DNA from: a virus
Lineage: Duplodnaviria > Caudoviricetes
Direction: 5' to 3' (one strand)
IMG/VR virus record: IMGVR_UViG_3300024186_000003
Coordinates: 1-45,981 of that record
DNA length: 45,981 nucleotides
Within the stretch, counting starts at the first letter, position 1; each line of letters opens with the position of its first letter. Below, piece after piece: positions 1 to 8,369 of this stretch. A program made the translations under genes and the position numbers. Below the pieces are notes generated by a model. It saw only the letters and a program-made list of their open reading frames with translations, ran no database searches and was not told where the DNA came from.

Positions 1-18
1 CCATGTTCACATATGCCT
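1..18 (+). repeat. Terminal direct repeat, left copy (ccatgttcacatatgcct)
   Basis: Identical to 45964-45981. Confidence 0.95.
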
Positions 19-24
19 CGAATG

Positions 25-354
25 CTATCGCCTGATGATCTGCTCTGCTCGCTCCGCATCCCCACTCACCGAATAGATCGCCAGCGAGACTAGAACTGGA
101 TCAATTCGGTATTTCACGAACCAAAATTCTTCCTCGCTCATCGAGTGCTGTTCGCGGTGGTGTGCGCCGCATAGCGGGAGCGTGAATCTGTCGTCCGGCT
201 TTTGCCCAACGCCTGGGTTTTTCTTGGCTATCCTGCCGTCCGATAGCCGAACGTGCGCGGCTTCAACGCTGGTATTGTCGCCGCACACCACGCACGGAAT
301 GGTGCGGATGAAAGCAAGGTGTCTTTTGTTTTCGACGCGCGGTTGCTTAATCAT
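25..354 (-). CDS. DUF968/Ref-like HNH-type zinc-binding protein
   Basis: HLAFIRTIPCVVCG...EAAHVR...KPDD..TLPLCGAHHREQH motif; lies in the recombination operon. Confidence 0.7.
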   Translation of the reverse strand: MIKQPRVENKRHLAFIRTIPCVVCGDNTSVEAAHVRLSDGRIAKKNPGVGQKPDDRFTLPLCGAHHREQHSMSEEEFWFVKYRIDPVLVSLAIYSVSGDAERAEQIIRR

Positions 355-746
355 GCCGCCCTCGCGTCGTCAGCAAACTTGACGCCATGGCGCGAACCGA
401 ACTCAAAAATAAGCTCAATCAAATCGCTCATTTCCGATTTGGTAAGGTCGGATGACGACTGATTGATATTCACGAAGCCTGACCCGTCCAGGTTCGGGAC
501 GTTCCGCAGCTCGCGCTTGAGGGCGTCCAAAAACAATAATTTCCAGTCATCCGGCCGTAGCCGTATTCCGTGCCAAGGCAACTGCTGCGCTATCTCCGTC
601 AGCATGGCCCACATGCGATCATTTTGAGGCAGTGAGCGCTTGGCGGCCTTGATTTCAACTCGGCAACCGAATGGCGCGGCCAAAACGATACGCGCGGCAC
701 GCTCACGGTCGGCAGTCGAGTTGACGTTGATTAAATAACGGCTCAT
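351..746 (-). CDS. ninB: NinB/Orf-family recombination accessory protein
   Basis: KRSLPQNDRMWAML and SSSDLTKSEMSDLIELIFEFG motifs; next to the exonuclease. Confidence 0.8.
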   Translation of the reverse strand: MSRYLINVNSTADRERAARIVLAAPFGCRVEIKAAKRSLPQNDRMWAMLTEIAQQLPWHGIRLRPDDWKLLFLDALKRELRNVPNLDGSGFVNINQSSSDLTKSEMSDLIELIFEFGSRHGVKFADDARAA

Positions 747-1378
747 GCGGCGATCTTCGTTTCATATAGACGGCGAAGGTTTTCTACCTTGGCATCAACT
801 TCGGCCAGGAAGGCGGCCACTTCCGTTTCCAGCGTCTTGATGGTCGCGGCATCGCGCGGCACGCGCTTGATAAACAGCCGCATAGATTCCGGCATACGCG
901 GATCGAAGGAAACGAAGTCACACCACTGGCGCTCGGTGCAGGCCATTTGCCATTGCATCTGCGTGATGTACTTGCCGTCGATTTCCTCGCCTTCCAGCGT
1001 TTCGATATGCGTGGCCGTGTTCGGGCATTTGATTTCGACCATGCCGGCGTCACCGATCAGGCCATCCGGCGATGCGCCAGTCATGGCAATCGACGGGTGA
1101 TCGACAAAGCCGATTTCGGTCACGTCCGCGTCGGAGCGGAAGCAATAGGCGTCCCGTGCCTGCGGCTCGGTATCGATGCCCCATTGCATCGCGGCGTTGG
1201 TGTAGGACGCTGCATTGGTGCCGGTCAGCCGCTCCGCAATCAGCTCTGCCATGTAGTTTCGACGGCTGGCGCCCCAGCCGGTTTTCGTCTTGGCGATCAC
1301 GTCAGCAACTCGCGAGGCCGTGACCTTGCCGAGACGCGCAGCGAACCATTCCGGTGAGCCTTGGATGATATCGGTCAT
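743..1378 (-). CDS. YqaJ/lambda-exonuclease family recombination nuclease
   Basis: QGSPEWFAARLGKVTAS, GASPDGL, EIKCP and Q.QWQM motifs. Confidence 0.92.
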   Translation of the reverse strand: MTDIIQGSPEWFAARLGKVTASRVADVIAKTKTGWGASRRNYMAELIAERLTGTNAASYTNAAMQWGIDTEPQARDAYCFRSDADVTEIGFVDHPSIAMTGASPDGLIGDAGMVEIKCPNTATHIETLEGEEIDGKYITQMQWQMACTERQWCDFVSFDPRMPESMRLFIKRVPRDAATIKTLETEVAAFLAEVDAKVENLRRLYETKIAA

Positions 1379-2082
1379 TTCGCACCGCGTTTGGCTTCAA
1401 GAGCCTGCTTGGCTTCCGCAAATCGCTTGGCCGGCAGATCGCTCAAGGTTTCGACCTTGAGGTATTTCAGGAACCGGCCGCGATCAGCGGCGACCGCTTC
1501 GCACAGATCAATCAACTCGATTGCCTGCGCTTCCGTGATCCGCTCGCCAGCGTTCCCGGCCGCGCCGTCATCATCATCGGACGCGGCGATGCCAAGCATT
1601 TGAACGAGCGAGTAGCGTTGCAGATAGGTGAGGGTGGACCCGATAGCTTGGATTGCGTTCTTGTTGCCGGTCGTGTCGGCGGGGCCGGAAAGCGTCGTCT
1701 GCTCGTAGTGGCCGTCTTTGTGCGATAGGATGCACGTCACGCTGATGCGGTCGCCCTGTTCGCTGCGGAAGCGATAGGACAGGCCGAACCTGCTGATGAC
1801 CGGATCGACAGACGATGCAATCGCGGCAAAGTCGGCGTACCTCTTTTGATTGTGTCCCTGCCGGTTTCGGAGAACTGGCTTCAATTCCGCCTTGGCGGCA
1901 GAGACGGCGGCATCAAACGCCTTGCGAGCTTGATTGGCCTCCCACCGCTCTTGCAAGCCCATGAGCTTTTCGGCAAGCTCGATGTTGCCGCTCATCACGG
2001 CGCTATTGAGCAAGTCCATCGGCGTCTGTGCGACGGCGCGTGGCTCGATAGTCTGGATTTCTTGTTTCGCGGCTGCACTCAT
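1375..2082 (-). CDS. erf: ERF-family single-strand annealing protein
   Basis: YADFAAI and QAIGSTLTYLQRYSL...DDDG motifs. Start moved to ATG 2082 (GGAG RBS, ATGA overlap). Confidence 0.88.
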   Translation of the reverse strand: MSAAAKQEIQTIEPRAVAQTPMDLLNSAVMSGNIELAEKLMGLQERWEANQARKAFDAAVSAAKAELKPVLRNRQGHNQKRYADFAAIASSVDPVISRFGLSYRFRSEQGDRISVTCILSHKDGHYEQTTLSGPADTTGNKNAIQAIGSTLTYLQRYSLVQMLGIAASDDDDGAAGNAGERITEAQAIELIDLCEAVAADRGRFLKYLKVETLSDLPAKRFAEAKQALEAKRGAK

Positions 2083-2267
2083 TTGTAGCACTCCGTTGCC
2101 GTGTCGATTGCGTCGTGATCTTCGTGCCAGTGGCGGGTGAATGCGCGTCGGGCTGCATCAACCCAGTACACATCGTAAGGGTCGGCCGAGACATCAGGGG
2201 AACCAACGTCCCGGCCGTCGCCTGCACGGGCTTGGGGGGCAAGGGGCCGTGGGGCGAAACTCGTCAT
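2079..2267 (-). CDS. Hypothetical protein
   Basis: Coupled by 4-nt overlaps to both neighbours. Confidence 0.55.
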   Translation of the reverse strand: MTSFAPRPLAPQARAGDGRDVGSPDVSADPYDVYWVDAARRAFTRHWHEDHDAIDTATECYK

Positions 2268-2596
2268 GGGGTTTTCCCCGTAGCTTTGGCGATGGCGGCA
2301 TCAATCGCTTTGAAAATATCCGCCTCTTCATCGGTGCTCTGTAGGCGGCTAAAGTTGGCGTTGATGCGATGAAGAACATTGAGCATGTCCGGCGCGGCAT
2401 GCTCAAGAAGCGTCTGCTCGCGCAACGGATGGTGATAGGCAATTGCATTCCAGAACGTCTTGGCGGCCTCGTCTGGCGTATAGCCTTCGCCGTACTCAAT
2501 CGTTCCGTCTGCGTAGATTTTCACCAGCAACTTGCCGCCGTCACTGACGGAAAGAGCGCTATCCATCGGCGCTCCGATATCATTGCTGTCCATCAT
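2264..2596 (-). CDS. Hypothetical phage protein
   Basis: Start probably MMDS at 2596. C-terminal AAPDML...AAIAKATG module is common in phage early genes. Confidence 0.6.
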   Translation of the reverse strand: MMDSNDIGAPMDSALSVSDGGKLLVKIYADGTIEYGEGYTPDEAAKTFWNAIAYHHPLREQTLLEHAAPDMLNVLHRINANFSRLQSTDEEADIFKAIDAAIAKATGKTP

Positions 2597-2679
2597 GGCA
2601 TCACCGCTGCGAATGCACAGATGACAACCACCAGCGCGATTGCGGAAAGAAGATTGGAGGCTTGGCGGGCGGCGATCAT
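2593..2679 (-). CDS. 28-aa hydrophobic peptide (MIAARQASNLLSAIALVVVICAFAAVMP)
   Basis: Translated by hand; fills the gap exactly, with stop/start overlaps on both sides. Confidence 0.45.
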   Translation of the reverse strand: MIAARQASNLLSAIALVVVICAFAAVMP

Positions 2680-2951
2680 CACTCAACCCGCCAAATGCGA
2701 ACACCTTGCGGGGCTTCGCCATTTTGATAAACTTGGGTGGTGAACCTGAGTTTGGTATCCTTGTGCCAATTTCTCACTGAGGCCGTAATACGGTTGCGCA
2801 CCTTTTCGACGTATTCACCATCGGCCGGGACAAAAATCGACTGGCCAACTTGAAGGTCTTGGAACCTGTATTTTGAGATGCCTTTTTGCGGCCCGCGCTT
2901 TTTCTTCGTAGGGACCGGAATGCCGCTCTCGATTTCAAAATGGTCGGTCAT
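2679..2951 (-). CDS. Small basic putative DNA-binding protein
   Basis: FEIESGIPVP...SKYRFQDLQVGQSIFVP...GVRIWRV pattern, typical of a common phage family. Confidence 0.7.
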   Translation of the reverse strand: MTDHFEIESGIPVPTKKKRGPQKGISKYRFQDLQVGQSIFVPADGEYVEKVRNRITASVRNWHKDTKLRFTTQVYQNGEAPQGVRIWRVE

Positions 2952-3301
2952 TATCGCGCTCCCGATGCTGCATAGTTGTGCGTATTGTGTTCCTGAAAGT
3001 CCGACCGGCTCGGCTCATCCTCCCGCAGGCTGTCCGCCTCTTCCGTGAACTGCCCGGCGAAGTCGCTCAGGGCGTCCGAGACGTAGCCAGCGACTTCCGA
3101 GTTGATTGAATTGGTGGTGGCGTTCGACTTGCCATCGGTCGCCAGCGCGTGAAGGTATTCGACCAACAGGCTTTTGAGGTTGTTCACATGCTCGGCGCGG
3201 TCGTCGAAATCTTCCGAGGTCGGATACATCGGCATGTCGGCAGGATTGAGCGCCGCAAGCTTGGCAAGTAACCGGCTGTGGGCTTCGGTGATGAAGGACA
3301 T
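2951..3301 (-). CDS. First gene of the leftward early operon, hypothetical acidic protein
   Basis: GGGAG RBS ahead of ATG 3301, just downstream of PL. Confidence 0.7.
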   Translation of the reverse strand: MSFITEAHSRLLAKLAALNPADMPMYPTSEDFDDRAEHVNNLKSLLVEYLHALATDGKSNATTNSINSEVAGYVSDALSDFAGQFTEEADSLREDEPSRSDFQEHNTHNYAASGAR

Positions 3302-3326
3302 GTGCGCTCCCCGTGTTGATTTGCCC

Positions 3327-3366
3327 ATTATGCATATTGCATAGGGTCTGTCAATGCAAAATGCAT
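3327..3366 (-). promoter_or_regulatory. PL/OL: TTGACA-N16-CATAAT with two ATGCA-N3-TGCAT operators (3330-3342, 3354-3366)
   Basis: The palindromes overlap the -10 and -35 boxes; the same motif recurs at 3719-3777. Confidence 0.75.
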
Positions 3367-3410
3367 AAGATATTTTCAGATTATGCACAGCGCAGAATCG
3401 GAGAAAATGC

Positions 3411-3716
3411 CTATTTTTGTGATTTTGCTAGAAATTCAATATATTCAATAGCTTGCCTGCGCTTTTCCTCGGAAAGCTGAGAAAGCGTTATTTCAATGGG
3501 ATTTCCGCGTGGGGCACCGACCCCGGTAAGCAGCCATCGGAGGTCTACGCGATAGAAGTTCGCGTAGCGGGCCGCCTGTGCTTTAAAACCGCGTGAGCCG
3601 TTCTCGTGGGCCAGATAAGTTGGCTGCGCGATCCTGAGGGCCCTGGCGGCGTCTGTGGGGGTCTTATAGCCCGCCAGCTCGCGCGCTTCCTGCAAGCGGT
3701 GGTGCGCTTCCTTCAT
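3411..3716 (-). CDS. cI: CI-like XRE/HTH repressor without an S24 peptidase domain
   Basis: RLQEARELAGY...AARALRIAQPTYLAHENG..YRVDLRWLLTG. Divergent from cro and flanked by operators. The ORF could extend to 3746. Confidence 0.8.
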   Translation of the reverse strand: MKEAHHRLQEARELAGYKTPTDAARALRIAQPTYLAHENGSRGFKAQAARYANFYRVDLRWLLTGVGAPRGNPIEITLSQLSEEKRRQAIEYIEFLAKSQK

Positions 3717-3718
3717 GA

Positions 3719-3780
3719 ACGCATTATGCAGAACGGGCCTATGCATTAGGCATTGACACCGACTATGCGTTATGCATAGT
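3719..3780 (+). promoter_or_regulatory. PR/OR: TTGACA (3753-3758)-N16-CATAGT with three operator variants (3719-3731, 3741-3753, 3765-3777)
   Basis: ACGCA-TTA-TGCAG, ATGCA-TTA-GGCAT and ATGCG-TTA-TGCAT lie between the divergent HTH genes. Confidence 0.75.
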
Positions 3781-3787
3781 AAGCTTC

Positions 3788-3976
3788 ATGGTTTCTGCGG
3801 ACGAAGTGAGAAAAGCCCGTGCGGCGCTGAAGGAAAGCCAAGCTGCTTTCGGCGCGCGGTTCGGCATCGATCAAAGCACCGTGCATCGGTGGGAGACAGA
3901 CGCGCCGCCGAAGCGCGGCCCCGCATTGATGGCGCTGGAAAGTTTGCTCGCTGAAGTAGGGCAGGCCGCCGAATGA
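3788..3976 (+). CDS. cro: Cro-like HTH regulator
   Basis: 62-aa HTH (ESQAAFGARFGIDQSTVHRWE), divergent from cI. Confidence 0.82.
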   Translation: MVSADEVRKARAALKESQAAFGARFGIDQSTVHRWETDAPPKRGPALMALESLLAEVGQAAE

Positions 3977-3981
3977 GTAAT

Positions 3982-4290
3982 CTACCGCACCAGAAACGGC
4001 TTGCTGCCTTCCGGCGGCCCGCGTGCGGGGATCGTATCGATTCTGGTGGGAACCAAGCAACTCACGAGCTGAGCGAGAATAATCGGAAGCTGCAGCAGCG
4101 GCCCGCGAACTTTCACGGACACGATATTCTGCGGCGTCGCGCCTTCCACTTCCAAAGACAAATGTTCGCTCGCCAGATACACGCGAGCGTCGGCGCCGAT
4201 CAACTCGATAGCTGCAATCCGATCGATGTAGAACTCCGGCGCTGGCACCGGTTCGATCAGGCCCACGGGGGGCACGACCCAAAAAGCCAT
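3982..4290 (-). CDS. Hypothetical protein, antisense to the early right operon
   Basis: Strong AGGGAGG RBS; ends 5 nt from the cro stop. Confidence 0.6.
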   Translation of the reverse strand: MAFWVVPPVGLIEPVPAPEFYIDRIAAIELIGADARVYLASEHLSLEVEGATPQNIVSVKVRGPLLQLPIILAQLVSCLVPTRIDTIPARGPPEGSKPFLVR

Positions 4291-4547
4291 TGTTATCCTC
4301 CCTGTTTTTTACAGGGACAACGCTACTCCCGGAACCGTCCGGCAAATGTGGTAAAGCGCCATAAGATTTCGGGATATCGAAACAATTTAACGAATGGGCG
4401 TTGTGGATCAATATCTTGCCTGCCCAAAATGTTGGGAACCACACACACTTTTGACCGGCATCGAGATACCAGTCTGTGGAAAACACGGACAAATCGTCAC
4501 ATGGACGGAAATTCACTTGCGCTCGCTCCCGAGATGGAGTTGGCCGC

Positions 4548-4850
4548 ATGAACGCCTTCACCGATCAATCCCTCCGCGCGCCCTACCAGCGGAACAGCAC
4601 GACCAGCCAGGAAGCCGCGCGCTCGGTCGATAAAACAAGCGGGCATGATCGCCAGCGGGTGTTGGCCTACTTGATGGACCACGCCGAAGGCGCAACTGAC
4701 GAAGCGATCGCTGAGGCATTAGGGCTTGCCGGCAACACGCTTCGGCCGCGCCGCCGAGAATTACAAATCCTCGAACATGTCAAAGACAGCGGACGCTATG
4801 CGCGGACCCGCTCTGGCCGAAGGGCCACTGTTTGGGTTGCTGCATCATGA
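4548..4850 (+). CDS. Winged-helix DNA-binding protein
   Basis: TSQEAA...VLAYL...GATDEAIAEALGL..NTLRPRRREL...TRSGRRATVW; GGAG RBS before ATG 4548. Confidence 0.75.
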   Translation: MNAFTDQSLRAPYQRNSTTSQEAARSVDKTSGHDRQRVLAYLMDHAEGATDEAIAEALGLAGNTLRPRRRELQILEHVKDSGRYARTRSGRRATVWVAAS

Positions 4851-5080
4851 CTGCTGTCTTTTCAACGAACCACCGAGCTTGGTTGGACTCTCCACAGGTT
4901 GGCGGCCTTAAGGACGCTTGGCCCAAATTCGCTTTCCAGAGCGAGCAAGGGCCTGAGATCGACAGTCGCGGAGTAGGCGTCCTGTCGAAAGAACAACGCT
5001 AAAGCCTCGTCGGACAGGCGAGGGAGTTTCTCGGGTGTAGCCGCGTCATCCATGTCGCAACCCTAGACATGGAGGTTTCC

Positions 5081-5497
5081 GTGCGTTTGGAAAAGTTGTC
5101 CGGTGTAAATATGCGCGAATTAGTTGCAGCGGTGGCGGGGCCCCGGCTCGACACGGACACCCGAGAGAGTTGGCTAAGGCGCGCGGCTCGCAATTCCGGC
5201 GCATCCTACAGGCAAGCGAAAGCGTTGTTTTATGGCGAAATCGCTGACCCGCATCACCGTACAGTTTCAAAATTCCGGGAGGCGGCCGGACGCCATGAAG
5301 CACGCAACCTCGCTCGACAATTTCAAAGCCTGGCTGAAGCACTCAACGTGCGGGATCAGGATTTTCACCGCGAGGACATTGCTGCGCTGCTCGGCGCAGC
5401 TCGTGCACTTAGCAATTTGGATAGCGCCAGAGTTGAACAATCGGAAGGGGTAAGGGAATGCTCAACAACCAAACCGCCGAACAAAAACAGCGGGTAA
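5081..5497 (+). CDS. Putative CII-like transcriptional regulator
   Basis: Occupies the CII position; ESWLRRAARNSGASYRQAKALFYGE is HTH-like. The GGAGG RBS overlaps the hairpin at 5049-5073. The ORF could start at 5069. Confidence 0.55.
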   Translation: MRLEKLSGVNMRELVAAVAGPRLDTDTRESWLRRAARNSGASYRQAKALFYGEIADPHHRTVSKFREAAGRHEARNLARQFQSLAEALNVRDQDFHREDIAALLGAARALSNLDSARVEQSEGVRECSTTKPPNKNSG

Positions 5498-6021
5498 ACG
5501 AGAATATAGTTCAATTCCGATACACAGCCCCTCGATCTGGCTGGACACAGCAGCGCGTTGAAACCCTAGTTGCTCTGTGGGGCGAAGGCTTATCGGCCTC
5601 GAAAATATCCGCGCAAATGGGCGGCATTACGCGAAGCGCGGTGATCGGGAAGGTTCACAGGCTCAACCTCCCGGAACGGGTAACAAAAACATCCCTCCCC
5701 AACGTGGGGAACCGCACTCCGAGACTAAGGATAGAAAAACGCAGCGGCGGCAAAGCCAAGTTCATCAACGAAATACCCCTTGAGGATTTGCCTAGCGTCG
5801 TCGATTTGCAAATACCGGCAGAGCAACGCAAGACCCTGCAGCAGTTAACAGCCCACACATGCCGGTGGCCTGTGGGCGAGGTCAGTGCTCCCGATTTTTT
5901 CTTTTGCGGGGCAGAGCCGTTCAAAGGGAGACAATACTGCGCCGGCCACCTCAAGCGGTCTATCGCGCGCCCTCCACATAACCGTCCGAAGAAAAACTCA
6001 ACGTGGCGTGGCGGCTTTTAG
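5458..6021 (+). CDS. gcrA: GcrA cell-cycle regulator homologue
   Basis: WT..RVE.L..LW.EGLSAS.I...MGGITRSAVIGKVHRL N-domain plus L....CRWPVG.....FFFCG......YC..H C-domain. Confidence 0.9.
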   Translation: MLNNQTAEQKQRVNENIVQFRYTAPRSGWTQQRVETLVALWGEGLSASKISAQMGGITRSAVIGKVHRLNLPERVTKTSLPNVGNRTPRLRIEKRSGGKAKFINEIPLEDLPSVVDLQIPAEQRKTLQQLTAHTCRWPVGEVSAPDFFFCGAEPFKGRQYCAGHLKRSIARPPHNRPKKNSTWRGGF

Positions 6022-6062
6022 TTTTCACCGCGTTCCGCTAATCCCAACCGCAAGGCAACGCA

Positions 6063-6881
6063 GTGAGTCGTATTCGATCGATCAAACCTGAGTTTTGGAC
6101 AAGCGCCCAAGTCTTGGAATGCTCCACGAATGCTCGCCTACTGTTCATTGGGCTGTGGAATTTTGCCGACGACGCAGGGCGGCATCCATACAGCGCCAAG
6201 CAGGCTAAGGCAGAGGTTTTCCCGGCTGACCAGTTCACCGAAGAACAAATTTTTGCGCTGCTCACTGAGCTAGAAATCAACCAATTGATTGTACGCTATT
6301 CCCATGACGGGAAAGACTATTTTTACATTTCAGGGTGGAAGCACCAACGCATCGATAAGCCTCAGCTACCGAAGTATCCAGACCCATTCTCGGACCATTC
6401 CAAGAATGATCTAAGAACCATCCCGCCTGATACGATAGGAGAGGATAGGATAGGAGAGGATACGAAAGTTATTGAGAGAGAGGCGCGCGAGCCTTTGATT
6501 TCACCGGAAGCCTTCGAACTATCCGATAGCGTTTTGAAATCGATGGAAGCGGATCGAGAAGCCCCCGAGTGGAGCGGCTTCCCGTACATCGTTCAGACCT
6601 GGCTCAATCAAACAATCCCCAAGGATTTCATCATGGCGACCTGTGCAGGATTGCGCGGGAAGCACCGAAATTATCTCGACAAGGCGGTGCTCAACGGGTG
6701 GCGCGACCGTCAAAACGATCAACAAACACAAGGGAAAAGGGTGGTGAGCAATGGAACATCTACCGGCAATGTCATGCCAGCAATTAGCAGCCTCATCGAG
6801 CGTGTCCGCGATCTCGACAGACCACCTCCAATTCGCAGCGGAGAGGGCGAAACTCCTGTTCGGTTGCTATCGAAAGGGTGA
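6063..6881 (+). CDS. Phage replication initiator protein
   Basis: N-terminal MSRIRSIKPEFW...ARLLFIGLWNFADDAGR; position after the regulators. Confidence 0.75.
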   Translation: MSRIRSIKPEFWTSAQVLECSTNARLLFIGLWNFADDAGRHPYSAKQAKAEVFPADQFTEEQIFALLTELEINQLIVRYSHDGKDYFYISGWKHQRIDKPQLPKYPDPFSDHSKNDLRTIPPDTIGEDRIGEDTKVIEREAREPLISPEAFELSDSVLKSMEADREAPEWSGFPYIVQTWLNQTIPKDFIMATCAGLRGKHRNYLDKAVLNGWRDRQNDQQTQGKRVVSNGTSTGNVMPAISSLIERVRDLDRPPPIRSGEGETPVRLLSKG

Positions 6882-7125
6882 TGCAAACGATCCGGAAACA
6901 TACACTGCGGCCGTCACCGCGATCTTGGCAGACTACGAGCCTGACGTAATCCAGCGTGTGACTGACCCACGAACCGGCATTCCGCGTCGGCTGAAATTCA
7001 TGCCAAACCCGGCCGAAGTCGCGGAGGCTTGCGACCTCGCAAAATCAATTATCGACACCGAGAAAAAACTGAACGAGCAGGGGTGGCGCTGGAATGGCGA
7101 AAAGTGGGAAAAGTCCGATGAATAA
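6751..7125 (+). CDS. Replication-associated protein (helicase loader-like position)
   Basis: Follows and overlaps the initiator; DPETY....L..Y...V.....DP...KFMPNPAEV motif. Confidence 0.55.
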   Translation: MEHLPAMSCQQLAASSSVSAISTDHLQFAAERAKLLFGCYRKGDANDPETYTAAVTAILADYEPDVIQRVTDPRTGIPRRLKFMPNPAEVAEACDLAKSIIDTEKKLNEQGWRWNGEKWEKSDE

Positions 7126-7651
7126 ACGGGAAAACACCGCCAAAGTCCACGATCGCCTATCGTCGGACTTGCCCTATAACGCCTCGGTGGCGATTGCGAT
7201 TGTTGCGGACCCATATTCGCAAATTGGCGAGAAAATTCAGGTTATCCGCTCTGTTCGTGATGACCCACTGGCTGGAATGCACGCGCGCCGGCAGATCGAT
7301 GACGCCCAGCTCGCAGCAGGTCGCAAATGGCAAATGCTGCACGAATGCGCCACGGTTGGGGTTATCAGGGCGATCGATCCGACAAAGGAGGCTGTGGACG
7401 GGGGGCGAATTCCTGAATTCCTCACTGATCCACAGATCAAGGCATTCAGGGCTTTAACCGAGGCCTACAAGCACCTGGACGCGACGGTGAACCGGGTAAT
7501 TTTCTCGGTGCTATCAGAGCGCAAGTCGATAGCCACGACGGCAACAGACCTCGGGTACATAACAGATCGAGGCGCGCGGCAAATCGGTTTCATGTTTCGG
7601 GATGGCTTGGAGTCGCTGGCAAAACTGTGGGGTTTTGCAGGTGGCACTTGA
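7118..7651 (+). CDS. Putative late-gene regulator (Q/sigma region 4-like HTH)
   Basis: Last early gene, ahead of a TTGACA promoter; DPL..M..R.QI...QL.AG N-terminus and C-terminal HTH-like region. Confidence 0.55.
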   Translation: MNKRENTAKVHDRLSSDLPYNASVAIAIVADPYSQIGEKIQVIRSVRDDPLAGMHARRQIDDAQLAAGRKWQMLHECATVGVIRAIDPTKEAVDGGRIPEFLTDPQIKAFRALTEAYKHLDATVNRVIFSVLSERKSIATTATDLGYITDRGARQIGFMFRDGLESLAKLWGFAGGT

Positions 7652-7677
7652 CAGCCGTACGGCGAAGCACCCATCAT
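7648..7677 (+). promoter_or_regulatory. Putative late promoter (TTGACA-N18-CATCAT)
   Basis: Consensus -35 overlaps the regulator's stop codon, like lambda PR'. Confidence 0.5.
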
Positions 7678-7798
7678 CGCGCATCATCCCAATTCGCGCC
7701 GAAAACTCCGTTCGCGGGCAACCGCGACGCGCGCCGAGACGATCACAACCAGCCCTCGAAACGGTCGATCACGGAGCGCTGCATCATAGGACAGACAC

Positions 7799-7993
7799 AT
7801 GATCCAGATCGTCGTCGTCCTGCTTGTGCTTGGCGTATTACTATGGGGCTGGCAAAAGATCGTCGGCGTTCTGCCGATTGCCGAGCCATTCCGCACGGTC
7901 GTTTACGTCATTGTGGTTTGTGCAATAGCCATTTGGCTGATTTACGCACTGGCTGACTTGGCCGGTGGTCTGCACTTACCGAGATTGCATTAG
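7799..7993 (+). CDS. Small two-TM membrane protein
   Basis: Two hydrophobic segments separated by LPIAEPF; AGGA RBS. Confidence 0.7.
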   Translation: MIQIVVVLLVLGVLLWGWQKIVGVLPIAEPFRTVVYVIVVCAIAIWLIYALADLAGGLHLPRLH

Positions 7994-8001
7994 GAGGCCA
8001 A

Positions 8002-8151
8002 ATGCCGCTCAAATCAGGCAAATCGCGCAAGGTGGTTTCTTCCAACATCAAAACGGAAATGGCTGCTGGGCGCCCGCAACGTCAAGCAAGCGCAATCGCG
8101 ATGAGCAAAGCCGGCAAGTCCCGCAAGCGCAAATCAGGACGAGGACGCTAA
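8002..8151 (+). CDS. 49-aa basic protein (MPLKSGKSRKVVSSNIKTEMAAGRPQRQASAIAMSKAGKS...)
   Basis: Not in the ORF track. AGGAGG RBS; matches a common phage MPLKxGKS...QA.AIA family. Confidence 0.75.
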   Translation: MPLKSGKSRKVVSSNIKTEMAAGRPQRQASAIAMSKAGKSRKRKSGRGR

Positions 8152-8153
8152 TC

Positions 8154-8369
8154 ATGGCTGACAACGACCAAAGCGGAAACATGGTGCGCCAGCATCAGCG
8201 CTTGGCTGTCAAAGGTGGTGATCCGCAAGAGGGTGGTGACTTCGGCGTAGGCCCTATGGGCAATCCTGTCGGTGGCGAGAAACCTCCGCGCGGTCATCTC
8301 AAGGAACACCAGCGCGGCATTGCGCGCCCGCGTGGTTTTCATCCCGAGCCAGATCACGGCGAATACTAA
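8154..8369 (+). CDS. Hypothetical protein
   Basis: GAGGA RBS before ATG 8154; coupled to the next gene. Confidence 0.6.
   Translation: MADNDQSGNMVRQHQRLAVKGGDPQEGGDFGVGPMGNPVGGEKPPRGHLKEHQRGIARPRGFHPEPDHGEY

Noticed and set aside
1-18. Terminal 18-bp repeat as attL/attR core
   Set aside because: It lies mid-operon, about 1.2 kb upstream of int, and the join restores a gene's RBS. A better attP candidate lies next to the int stop.
3770-4561. 263-aa minus and 192-aa plus ORFs over the cro region
   Set aside because: Arg/Ser-rich shadow frames overlapping better-supported genes.
4394-4633. CxxC-containing 79-aa ORF
   Set aside because: No clear RBS and an 86-nt overlap with the better-supported wHTH gene; not excluded, but not supportable.
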